Shown here one piece after another: positions 14,284 to 35,770 of a stretch of DNA of 64,000 nucleotides (positions within the stretch are counted from its first letter, which is position 1; every line of letters begins with the position of its first letter). This DNA comes from Chrysomallon squamiferum (taxonomy: Eukaryota; Animalia; Mollusca). The position numbers were made by a program, and so were the translations under genes. Under the pieces are notes generated by a model. The model did not search any database, had not been told where the DNA came from, and was given only the letters and a program-made list of their open reading frames with translations. The stretch spans positions 930,001 through 994,000 of the forward strand of contig CM022674.1 of NCBI GenBank assembly GCA_012295275.1, read 5' to 3'.

Positions 14284-14718
14284 GAACAAAGAACGGTGTT
14301 TAAAACGTAATTTAGATAATAAAGCTAATACGTTTCTCGATTTAAAGCGACTCGGGTTTCTCGCATCTCATTCTGAGCCAGATGAAAGGCGGCCGTCAAG
14401 GGAGGTAACCGATGTTTTTAATTAGTTCGCTGATAATGAAAACACTCGTGTCGTGTTTTTCACGTTAACGCCTGACAGAAATATTTACGAAAGAAACGAA
14501 AACAGAATTCAAGAGAAACACTACAAGATTTTTTTTTTTTTTTTTTTTTTTTCTGTATTGTATTGAAAGTTAGGAATAAATGTTGGAGAAAGTTTAATCG
14601 CAGAAAATAAATAAATGATATTGATATAGAGAAACAGATGGTTAAATAGATAAATAGACAAACAGACAAAATATAAATAACCAGGCACGGAGATACGTGG
14701 AAACAAACCAACAAACTG

Positions 14719-14859
<141 letters not shown>

Positions 14860-14885
14860 ATTTTAAATTAAAAACAATAAAAGAA

Positions 14886-14948
<63 letters not shown>

Positions 14949-15124
14949 CAAAGAGAAACAGAACTTAATATATATGGATAGAGAGACGAAAGGATGAGCT
15001 CAAGAGATGGTAGAACCTGGGGAGACTGTAGAAAGAGAAAGAATGAAAGACGGAAAGCTGGAACTAACATCAGTACAGAAGTACTATATATATATATATA
15101 TATGTTTGTATTTACTCAGGTGAA

Positions 15125-15170
<46 letters not shown>

Positions 15171-15308
15171 GAAAAAGAAAAGAAATATATTTAAACCCTC
15201 CAAGGAGACGAAACATCATCTGGAAAACGTTTGGGTTCACGTGCGGGACGAATTGCGCGTGATAAGGGTTACCACGGTAACAACGAAACATTTCTTCGAG
15301 AGAATATT

Positions 15309-15352
<44 letters not shown>

Positions 15353-16759
15353 ATAATAATGACGTCAACCGCATAGAAGTGAAGTTATGCTGATAACCGT
15401 TCAGTGAATGAAACCGCTGTAGAAAGACTCAGCACTCTGACTGGCAGAACTGAATTTGCTGTGATTTTCTGATACGCCGAGATGAAAGTTATAATTCACT
15501 ATCTAACCAGATACGCGACTGTGTAGTTACTTACAGTGGGGAAACTGTTTCCACCTACAAGACTGGATTCGTTGTTGTTGTTGTTTGTTTGTTTGTTTTG
15601 TTCTTTATACACATACATAGATGTATGTATTTTCTCTTTTCCAAAGTCGTCAAGGATTTACGAACTCTGCTGAAGAGGTATGTCTGATGTTAATTACTTT
15701 TATGTTTACATGAAAACGATTTTTGAGGTAATGTTTCCTGGTCATATTTTGAAAATTTATCTGATGTGTGTTTCGGTATGCGTCAGTTCAGTACGTTTAT
15801 ATCGATGTGTGTGTGTGCGTGTGTGTGTGTGTGTGTGCGTGTGTTTTATTTTATTTTTTATTTATTTATTTATTATTATTATTGTTTAATCTTTTCTTCT
15901 TCTTATTATTATTATTATTATTATTTTTTTTTTTTTTTTTTATTTTTTTTTTTTCGCTATGCCTTTTGATGTTATAAATTTCGTGCTTTTTAAATTGAAT
16001 TTTTATGGTTTATGGTACTCGTCCGTTTCGTTTCATTGTTTCCAAACGTTTTACAAAACTGGAAAGAGACTCATCCTATGTGGGTAATATTTGTAGCGTT
16101 TTTCCATAAGAAAAACTATTCATCACGTTTCTGACATCGCATCAAACTACATCATCATCATCGTCATTATCATCATCGTTCACCATCGTCACCATTATCA
16201 TAATTCATCATCGACATTGACTCTTCAAACGCTTTTAATTACAGAATACAGCGGATATTATTACACAAAAACTGCTGATTTTGTTTGTTAATGATATTGA
16301 CGCGAACGCGCTAACCAATGAGCCACAACACTCTCTATTCCCAGAATCAGTGAATCAGCTCATTGCTGTGTTAACAACGAGCGAAATGAGTAATAAAACA
16401 CATACAAAGCTGCCAGGATGCGCTCCCTGCAGTGTTGTAGTTCGTTAGTTTTCAAGATGAAATCAGAAATAAAATATTTAATGCAACATATGGTTTTACT
16501 CGATTCCGCAGTTTTGTCTTGCTGCGCAAATATAGATTTAGCCTATTTTTTATTTTATTTTTTTCTTTTATTTTTCTTTTATTTTATTTTTTTTTTTTTT
16601 TTTTTTTTTTTTATTTTTTTTTTTTTTTTTCTGTCATGACAATGACTTGATTTAAGCGAAACTGCAAGGCCAGAAAAATTGCAAGTATGTGATATCGTCT
16701 TTAGATAGCCATTTCTTTTTCTTTCCTTCGTTCTTTCTTTTTGACTCATTATTTTAATG

Positions 16760-16807
<48 letters not shown>

Positions 16808-16940
16808 CTTTGCTTAAAAATATAGTATGTTCATTTTATATCTAAAATGGCTTAAAGAGATTTAAGCTGATATAGAAACAAATATATATATACACTTTTT
16901 TCTCAATATCTGTATAATATTGTATTTAATATAAGTATAT

Positions 16941-17090
<150 letters not shown>

Positions 17091-18576
17091 TTGTCCGTCT
17101 GTTTGCGGATGTAAATATCTATGAACAAACATTTGTAAATTGAAAGGAAAAAAAAAAAAAAAGAAATGATAAAGATAATTTAAATTATAGGACATTATAA
17201 AGTTTATGCCGTTTCAACATTCAGTAATAACAGTCACTGTCTTCCTAAAATTAATATTTATGGCGTTTAAAATATAGACAAAGAAATTATAACGACAACA
17301 ACAATGTACATTACAACAGCAACAAACTTAAAAGAGCAACAACAACAGCAATAATGATGACAGTTACAATAATAATAACAATAGTAATGATAACTTAATA
17401 CTACTAACAGTAGTACTAGCTGATGTTGTTGTAGTGGTGGTTGTAGTTGTTGTTGTGATGACTTACCTGATATTTCTACAGCGCGAAAATACGATAACTC
17501 GGAACAAAGGTTAGCGTTCAAACCATTATGACGTCATCTGTTGTGACGTTCCAGATAAACTCAATGGCAACCGTTTAATAAAAGGTAATGAACAAAAAAG
17601 AAAGACAAAATGTAAATAATAATAATAAAATATCTTGATTAATGAAAGTTAAATGGAGAATAGAATCGATCATTTTTGCGTTTGTTATTTATTTATTTAT
17701 TTATTTATTAATTTGCTTGTTTACTTGCTTCTTTGTTTTATATATAATGTAATGTTTACTTAACAAATTACTGTTCTTTGTATTATTATTAATATTTTGT
17801 TGTTGTTGTTGTTTTTGTTTTTGTTGTTGCTGCTGCTGTTGTTACTATTGATTTCTAACTGTTGCTTATTATATTGACTGTATTATGGTTTATCGTTTTC
17901 AAAATAGACAGCAGGTTATTCAATTTGTTAAAGCTGTTAGAAAACGTATTTCACAATATTCTTCTTTAATTTATTCATGAGATACCTGCTTGAATATTCC
18001 CGCCTTTAACTGAATCAGAATCAAATTACAAAATAAGAAAAATCGCACAAAACAAACAAAAAAAAAAAAAAAAACCCAAAAAGCCCACAAAACAAACAAA
18101 ACACCAAAAAAAAAAAAAAAAAAAAAAACAAAAAAAAAAACACCCAACAACAACTTCAAAAAACAAACAAACAAAACAAACAAACAATGAAGGGATAATT
18201 CTGCTTCTGCTCGCAACATTACTTTCATTTCCATTCTGAGCTGGAGTTGTTTTTTGTCAGCTTAGCGATAACTGATTGTTAAATCGATGAGTTTAATTAC
18301 AAAAGCGAGTTGTGGTGTCGCTGTTCTGGAAGAGTTTAATGAATTACCGCGTGAAAACACGTGACAGGAAGCAGACGTAATTGCTTCCTTTGTTTGTCTT
18401 CTTCGCCGCCGTTCTTGTTTGCTAAACGGCACCAACGATGTAGTATGTCCTTCTCTGTTGCTGTCGTTGTTGTCGACGTTGTCGTCGTTTTTAAAGTGAA
18501 CACACGATGAGGTACAGCTTTTTTGTTGTTGTTGTTGTTGATGTTGTTACCGATGCTGTTTTTTTTGATTTGTTGC

Positions 18577-18613
<37 letters not shown>

Positions 18614-19270
18614 GTTGTTGTTGTTATTGTTGTTGTTGTTGTTGTTATTATTATTATTATTATTGCTGTTGTTATTGTTGTTTTGGGATGTTGATTGTTG
18701 TTGTTATTATTTTGGGTTGTTGTTGCTATTATTGTTGTTTTGTTGTTGTTATTATTTTTATTATTATTGTTATTATTATTGTTCTTTTTATTATTATTAT
18801 TTCTATTATTATTATTACTAGTAATATTGTTATTGTTGTTGTTGTTATTATTGATATTAATATTATTATTACAACTAGTAATATTGTTATTGTTGCTGCT
18901 GCTGTTGTTGTTATTATTGCTACTGTTATTTTGATAATGACAACGTTGCTGTTTCTTACATTGATTGCTGTTATTGTTTTCTTTTTGTCAGTATAAATTA
19001 CTGTTATATTTTTGTGATTCTTTTTATTACCGTAATCATCACTACCAACGACATCACCGTCTTCGTCGTCGTTTTTAAAACTTTTATTTAACCTCAGTTT
19101 AACACCCGCACCTGTATACAGACAATCCGCCCACCTTTTCGTAACATTCCTAGTTCAGTTCTGCTTGGTTCGTTATCACTCGAGCGTTTAAAATACACCG
19201 CATTTGATCGTCTGCTGATCTGAAAACATTTCTGTGCTTACTGAGAAGAGCTAGATGTAAATAAATAAAC

Positions 19271-19312
<42 letters not shown>

Positions 19313-19317
19313 GCAAA

Positions 19318-19368
<51 letters not shown>

Positions 19369-19373
19369 AATAA

Positions 19374-19408
<35 letters not shown>

Positions 19409-20189
19409 GCTACAAATAACTTCATTTAACTGTTTTCTCCATTAATCCCAAGACCCTTGTTCAGTCGAATCAACCTGTTAAACAGACATCAGTGCGCACC
19501 AAAATGGCGGAGAGACCGGAAAGGAACAAACCAATTATCGTCTGCGCTGCTCCTTTCCGGTTTTCAGCGTTCGGAAATTACAGATTTTCTTAAAATAGAG
19601 GTGCGAATCTGTTCAGATTTATACTGGTGGCCTCTCAACATTGAGTATTATGAAAGCTTTTATTTATTTATTTATTTACTTTTTTTTGCACTGACTGCAC
19701 CCCATACACTGTATGAAACCCAGGAACTGTCTGAACTGTTTGACAGTGATAGAGCGAATAAATAAAATAAATAATAATAACTAAAAAGAGTATAAGAAAA
19801 AAAAGAAAAAAAAAAAGATAGTGTTTGAAAAAAAACCTACAGATAATGTTTTTAATATTTCTGTTTTGATGAAAAGATTAGGAAAAGAGAAAATGTGAGG
19901 AAATCGTAGGGAAAAAAAAAGAGAAAGGATTTTTGAAAGGAAATTTTCTCATGTGTTTAATTTTATGTCTTTGAAATGGCTTTTTATTGATCGTTTATTC
20001 CTAATTTGTTCCACTGAGCAATGAAAGGAAAAAAAAAAAAAATAATAATAATAAAAGCAATAGCAAAAAAGTAATGATTTACTTCATCTCTGATTTCGCT
20101 GATATGTTATTCATGTTTTCTGGTTATAGTCCAGAATGTCCATATTCTTTAAATATTTTAATATATTGTTATTATTAGTATTATTATTA

Positions 20190-20220
<31 letters not shown>

Positions 20221-20413
20221 GTAGTAGTAGTAGTAGTAGTAGTAGTACTTATTTATTTAATTTTTTTCTTCTCTTTTGTTTACTTTTCTCTAGATTTTTT
20301 CAATTTTTCTCATTCTTTTCTTTGTTTTCTTTTCTCTCTGTTCCTATCATAACGATAGACAAATATTCTACGATTTACCTCTCTATAGTACGTAATAGAC
20401 TTAAACATACATG

Positions 20414-20522
<109 letters not shown>

Positions 20523-21308
20523 TCTCCCTCCCTCCCTGCATCTCTGTCTCAATGCTTCTCTATCTATCTGTCTATATGTATGTCTGTCTCTCACTCTATT
20601 TATCTATCGATCTGTGGTGTCCATCTTCCACCTCATAATTTCTTTCATTTTCTTCCCATTCCTCCATGCTTCCAATATTTGTTTATTCCTCTGATGTCGT
20701 ATTACGTTTTAGTTTGATTGGCTAATTTTGTGTCACTAACGAACGCTTCATTCAGGTAACTGCGATCGCTTCCTGTGAAGCTAAGTGAAGGCGTAGATCT
20801 AGTCACAGAAAAACAAAGCAATTACATCGTTAGTTCCCAGTTGACGAAAACGAACACAACAATTATTAATGAATGAAACAGTTGCGCTTTGAAATGAATC
20901 TGAGGAACGGTGTTCGATATTTGCTTCTACGTTTTGATTTTGATTTTGTTCCGAATGTAAAACTGTTTCGTTAATGTTGTATTTATGTACGGAGAGGTTT
21001 GAAGATAATTATGTTAGTGAGTGTGTGCGTGAGTGTACATTTGTGTGGGCTTTATTATTATTATTTTTTTTTTTGTCTTTTTGAGTGTCTGTGTGTCTGC
21101 CTGTACGTGCGTGTGTATATATTACTAAATGTTTATATCAGTGAATATGCACCCGTTTGCATTTATATGAATGATGCAGGTTTTATTTATTTATTTATTA
21201 AAATCATTATTATTACTGTTGTTACTACTACTGCATCTGCTACTATTACCACTAGTACTACCAGTATTGTTAGTAGTAGTAGTAGTAGTAGTAGTAGTAT
21301 TATTATTA

Positions 21309-21362
<54 letters not shown>

Positions 21363-21538
21363 ATTTGGTCAGAATTTCATTTAATATTTCTGAAATGATC
21401 GTGTATAGTTTATTAACTTATTGACCTATTATTAGCGGTTTAATGTGAAACAAATGTGATGATAATCATTTTGTATAAAAAAAAAAAAAATATGTATATA
21501 TATATAAAACATCACCAGCAACAACGACAATAGCAGTA

Positions 21539-21576
<38 letters not shown>

Positions 21577-21618
21577 CATAGTAATAATAACAATAACAGT
21601 AACAACAACAACAACAAC

Positions 21619-21653
<35 letters not shown>

Positions 21654-22065
21654 CAACAACAACACTAATAATATTTGCCATTATATAGCTTGATTTCACT
21701 TAAATCTTGTTTTCATTACCTCCATTGACCGATATCGGACACTGGACACTGGTGGCCTAGTTTATGTAAAAGTCCAGACTAACGAAGCGCGGTGTAAAGT
21801 TTCACACACAGCGCAGACCTTTCATCATTCATTAACTGACAAACGTCTTCTTTCTTCTAATAAACCTGTTAAACAGGATCTCTGTCTCGCTGATTTTATC
21901 TCACTTTCTCTTCATCACGTTCTCTCTCTCATTCTCTTACTTTCTGTCTCACTTTATCTTTCTCTTTTCTTTATATCTCTCCTCTCGTTGTCTCTCTTTC
22001 TCTTTTTATCTTTCTCTCTCTTCATCGCTCTTTTGTTTATCAGCCTATCTCTTTGTTTCTGTCTT

Positions 22066-22200
<135 letters not shown>

Positions 22201-22979
22201 TCTGTCTGTTTCGCCGCATAGATACCCAAATGTTTCCGGAGCGTAAAATACCAAATGTTTTCACTTCGTTAAACCTCGATATTTTTTTTGATGGTGAGAA
22301 CGTCCACACATTTCCAAAGCGTTAAAAAACCTCAGAAATGTCCAATACACTAAGACCTTTAAATTAACTTTCAACAGGTTAGGAAATCTTCAGCTATCGA
22401 AGTTTAATATCAGCTTCGTTAAAGGACCAGACGCAGTAGTTATGCAGTATTATAACTTGGTTTTCATTCGTCGTTGGCTTCAATCAGTTTGCGATGCGCC
22501 ATACGAAATTAGACATGCAAACAGTGTTTTTTTAGTGAAACAAGAGAAAATGTATTTAGGTTTTTTCAGTCACGGGAATATTGTATAAATTGTGTTTTAT
22601 AGGTGACAGGAGTGATTTAAGAAAACGATGTGTTACTTCCGAATCAATATCTGATATGTCTGTTATTTAAAGATTTTGATGAGTTAGTCAAAGGTAGAAT
22701 AACAAATATACCAGTGCTGGTGATGATGATGATGATGATGATGATGATAAAAACATCAGCAGCTATCATCATCATTATTATCATCATCGTTATGATGATA
22801 GCTATTATTATTATAAAAATATATGCAATACAATATGACTCTCTGTCTTCGTAATCTTTAGCTTTAAACTAAAAAGGGAGGTAACTTGAATACCGAATCT
22901 ACACATGACTTGTTCATGAAATTTAATACGTAAAAACTTAAACTAACTTTTACTACACGAACATGCTACACGCTGCGCC

Positions 22980-23012
<33 letters not shown>

Positions 23013-23209
23013 AACGAAATGAAAAAATAAGAATTAAGTAAATCAGTGTGTTTCCCAAATGTATTAAGTTTCATTTAACTAACAAGACATTAAAAAAAAA
23101 AAAAAACATTAATTAATGTTTCCATCTACTGCACATCAACCAGAAAATAAGTACGTGTTAACAGAAATTTCGGAGGCTTTTGGCTTATAACTGGTACGTA
23201 TTTACAAAT

Positions 23210-23333
<124 letters not shown>

Positions 23334-23989
23334 AGACAAAAAAAAATCCGAAAACACAAGAACCCCAAAACAAAGCAAAAACCCGACAAATATATGAATA
23401 ATAAAAAATTAATTACGTAAACTAATAAATATAAAAGTAATTAATTAAGTAAATAAGTAAATTTACAATAAAATAATTAATATAAATTTATACAAAAACA
23501 AGAAAGAAGGGAACACCTGATGATGATGATAATGGTGCTGACGGGGTGATAATGATGATGATGATGATGATGTCAGCCGTATTACCTGAAATGATGTGAA
23601 TGATGTTATGGTGGTGAAAATAATGATATCTGTGTTTTGATTATGTTGTATTCTATTGTATTGTATTGTATTGTGTTGCGTTGTATTGTATTGTATTATG
23701 CATATATGTATGTATGCGTGTATTGTTGTATTATAGAGTATTGTATTGTATTGTGTTGTGTTGTATTGTATTGTATTATGCATATATGTATGCATGCGTG
23801 TACATGAGTCTGAGAGGTAGAGAGCGCCAGATGTTGAAACACACATTATGTTCATTCATATAAATAATTACAAACATAATAAATGAAAATAATTCATAAT
23901 TCTACAGAGTCGAGTAAACATTTAACAGTTTGAATATATCAAAAAATATGTATACATATATATGATAATACTTATATATATATTATATT

Positions 23990-24024
<35 letters not shown>

Positions 24025-24040
24025 ATATATACACATACAC

Positions 24041-24104
<64 letters not shown>

Positions 24105-24485
24105 ATAAAATAATGATGACAGTAATGACAATAATATTAATAATCATCATAATAAAAATGTAATATAAATAAATAAATATAAAGTTGAAAATAACTCAAT
24201 AAAAATAACTTGAAAGCAACGGACTGTTAATAATGTTCTTGCACCTTTCCCCCATCAGCGAAACTCTTCATCTGCTAGTGATCACATCAAAGCCGTTACG
24301 CCCATTGCCTGTAAATGTATAATTTACTTACTATCACTTACCTGTGGCGTAACGTTTAGCAGGTGAAAATCAACAATAAAACGATTCGTTCTGACAAATT
24401 TGGTTACCTGTATAATAAATAAATAAATATATATATATATATGTGTGTGTGTGTATGTATGTATGTATGTATGTATGTATGTATG

Positions 24486-24519
<34 letters not shown>

Positions 24520-25562
24520 TGTATGTATGTATGTATGTATGTATGTATGTATGTATGTATGTGGATCATTCTTCACAAGATTCCACTAGAGAAATATTAA
24601 AGCATGTATGCAGTGGGCCAAAATTCTATAACGAAGAGGAGTGTACTTTGCTGTCTCTGAACGAATACAGCGAAAGAGAAGTACATTTTCCTGTTCATTA
24701 ACGAACCTGTCAGTGTAATGTTTACACGATCCAGTAGTTTTTTCCTATTTCAATTTTACCACGTAACCAACTGTTCCATTTCCCTCAAAGAAGAATATTT
24801 TCCAACAGCCCCCTCGTGTGAATGAACAGTACATTCCACGATACCTTTCTTTATGCTGTTTAATTTTATGATGTAACATACGATACTATGTTACATAAAA
24901 TTAGTGTATTTCCTTGCGGTCTGTTCGGGTGTCATTACGTACTTGTATTTCTGTAGGCTTATTTACTAGCTGATGTTACTCTGATTTGTGCACGCTGTAT
25001 AGATTTCCCTGTTACATTGTGTGAGCTGATCAGCGGTACCATGTTACGTAAAGTTGTATGTTTGCCTGAACTCGCTCTGTATGATGTTGTGCTCAAATAT
25101 GTATGTATACAGATAGACAGATAGATAGACAGACAGCCAGACAGACAGACATACAGAGAGATAGGTAGATAGATATACAGATAGACAGGCATATAGATAA
25201 ATAGATAGACAGAAAGACAGATAGATAGATAGATAAATAGACAGACAGACACATAGATAAATAAATAGATAGAGAGATAGATATATAGATAGACATATAG
25301 ATAAATAGATAGATAGATAGACAGACAGATAGATAGACAGATAGACAGATAGACAGACAGACAGATAGATAGATAGACAGACAGATAGATAGAGAGACAG
25401 ATAGATATAGAGACGCAGATATATATATATATATATACCGTGTTATTTATTTATTAACTGTCCATCCATACATCCATCCATATATTTAGAAAATTTACAT
25501 CCTGTTATTTATTTATTCGTCCATCTATCCATCCATTTATTTACTAATTTACATCACATGCG

Positions 25563-25601
<39 letters not shown>

Positions 25602-25955
25602 CATTATTATTATTATTATTATAATGTTTTAATTGCTTGTTTATTTTAACATCCACTTTTGCTCTAGGAAACCACGAGGGAAAAATTACCATAAAAAAGC
25701 AATAACAGTTTTACGGACTCGAACTGAAATGATATGAAAACTATTCAAAAATGTATTTGAAAAATTTCTCAGCCAAATATTTCATTTCGTATTTCCTGCA
25801 ATAATTACCATAACTTCCTCCATCATTTCCTCTTGAGTCACCACATCAGCAGGCAAAGAAAAACAGGAAAGAAAAAATGAAAATAAATAATAATTTAAAA
25901 TAAATTTAGAAAAAAGAAGAAAGAATAAAAACTAGAAGAAAGCAGAGTAAATGTA

Positions 25956-25998
<43 letters not shown>

Positions 25999-26188
25999 TA
26001 AATCTGTTTTCATATTATTATTCAATTTGCTCATTCTTACTCAGACAGTATATAATTTCTTCATCGTTTCTAAGAAGTATTAGAATTAGATAGATAGTAA
26101 GAGCTACAAATATACAGACTTCGTAATGAACTTGATTATAATAACAAACAGACGGGCAAATAATAAATTCAAAAAACCTTGCGAGCAC

Positions 26189-26251
<63 letters not shown>

Positions 26252-26504
26252 TATAATGATTATCATCACCATCATTTTATTATGATTATGATCATTATCA
26301 GCATAGTTACTGAACTTCAAAACCATTATTTTCCATTATACAACTAGTACCATTGTTATTACTACTTACTACTAATTACTATTCTTATTATTACTACTAC
26401 TACTACTGCTATTATTATTAGTAGTAGTAGCATTACTATTACTATTATTACTATTACTATGATTGTTACTACTACTATTATTATTATTATTATTATGATT
26501 ATTA

Positions 26505-26559
<55 letters not shown>

Positions 26560-26661
26560 CATCATCATCATCATTATTATTATTGCTATAGTAAAAAAAA
26601 AAAACTAAAACAAAAATATTAATAATGTTACACTGTTTTAGATGAAGTGACCTCCCCTGCA

Positions 26662-33501
<6,840 letters not shown>

Positions 33502-33595
33502 TTCAATCAGTGTTTTTTTTTTTGAAGAGTGCAATACCGGTTATAGTCTTTTTATACAATTCTTTCTTCCTTTCTTTCTTTCTTTCTTTCTTTCT

Positions 33596-33630
<35 letters not shown>

Positions 33631-33920
33631 TTTGTCGTCCTTTATTTGTTCATTTTCTTTTTAGCTAATAATTACGTTTCTGCTGGTTTTTTTTTTTCGT
33701 ATACAGTTTCATGATAGTTTTTTTTTTTTATATGTTATTAACTGTTCTGTCTGTCTTACATGAACTTGTTTTACTCTGTTGTATGACGATTATTTGAATG
33801 TGTCTGCTCTCATGTTTTGTGTGTGATTACGTGCGTGTGTGTTCGTCTATGCACAAGTATGGATCTAATGCATTCATTTATTTGTACCCTGAGAACGATT
33901 TTTTATTTAAATCGGTGTTT

Positions 33921-33968
<48 letters not shown>

Positions 33969-34035
33969 CTGTTTCCTCTTGTGTTTCTTTAAAATTTTTA
34001 TTTATTTATTTATTTTCTTTAAAATTATTTACTTT

Positions 34036-34066
<31 letters not shown>

Positions 34067-35133
34067 TTTTCGGACACGTTCAGCTGGCGGTTTGGATGCG
34101 TACATTTTTAAACTTTGTTGGTTTTTATTTTTTTTTATTTTTTTTTTTTTTCTAAACACGTTTATTTGTTCTTTTATTATTGCTGGACTCACTATCTCTT
34201 TGGCGGTTTTCTCTCTACAGACATTTATGAAATCTCTCTTTGTTTCTCTTTTTATTATCTGTTTACAAATCACAAAAACACAATTCAAAACATGTACAAC
34301 CGGACGTCAAAAATCCCAAAAGACAAAATCCAAATTATCACATCCCGTATAAACTTCATATTCAAAAAAAAAAAAAAAAAAAAAACCATTCACTATTTAT
34401 TTACAAATAAAAAAAGCAATTCAAAACACAACCGGACGTCACAACTACAGAAATTACGACACGGTCTGTTTAACACACATGAAACTGCTCACCCGTCACA
34501 CAAATTGTTTACCACTTGTCGCGCATGTTAGCGTCCCGGACTTTAATCTGGACTTTGTATCACAACATTTCTGAGCGGTCCCAGTGTCAGTAACTGTCTA
34601 AACAACTACGTCATCAAACGATCCTTATCGTCTGTTAACCAAGGACAAATTTCGCCTGTTAGTTCTCACAAATATCTAATTCGTTGATATCTCACGTCTC
34701 AACGGGTACAAAGTGTTTGTTTTAAAAGGATAAGCTTCGTTTTTATAACAGTAAAACTCAGGCCGGTGTTACTGTCTGTCCACGACCCACCCCTGTTTTA
34801 AAAACAGGTTTCTCTCCCGCCCACCCCCGTCGTGCGTTTGAGAAACAAAGGATGCTCTTGTTACGAACGTAAGCTGAACCTTGAACAGATAGACAAGTCA
34901 GGGTAGGTACAGTATGAAAAAGGGGAGGGTTCAGTATGAAAAAGGGGAGGGTGCACACATGTATAAATAATGTTACCTGCAGCATCACTTTTACAGAAAT
35001 TAAAATTAATACCATTGTACTCTACATGGATACATACACACATACATACATGCATGCATTTAATTTGTTATTATATCTTGTCGAAGCCTTCATCAGACTC
35101 CGCAGATGATTCTCTACACTAAATAAAATAAGA

Positions 35134-35175
<42 letters not shown>

Positions 35176-35445
35176 CAGACGACCCTTTATTGATGCTTCT
35201 TTAGAACAGCCCGTTCGGTTCCGCTTCAGCTACGTTCAGTTGTGTTTATTCCGTCACGACCAGTAAAGAATACGCCTAAAGTTACACTCACAGCCTACTT
35301 TGTGAAACTGAATACTTACGTCACGATATTTGTATCATTCGTAACGTATGCGTGCTCATTTAACGTTGGAAATCAGCTGTTAACACTTGAAGAACGTACT
35401 GAAATATTTCACTTATTAACCTGCAGATAATAAGCTGCGGGAATC

Positions 35446-35727
35446 ATGGTTTCTTTTTCCAGTGTGGGAGTCTTCTTCGTTCTTCTTGTTTTTCTTCGTT
35501 TCCCCGGCGGTGCGTCCCAGCGCGTGCTGTACAGGGCAGCCGTGTTTGAACACGAGGTGAACATTCCCACGGAAAGCGCTTTTGTTACCGTGTCGAGGAG
35601 ACGGGCGGTATTCAACATGATGAAAAACTTGAATGTGTACAAGACGCAGGCAAGGATAGCGGCTTCTAAGGTAAATAAAATCATATGTTAGACTGCGACT
35701 GTTCGAGAATGAACGAATAAACAAAAA

Positions 35728-35770
<43 letters not shown>

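Noticed and set aside
34255-34951. Short local duplications (34255-34441; CAGTATGAAAAAGGGGAGGGT twice at about 34910-34952)
   Set aside because: Ordinary slippage-type duplications without further structure.
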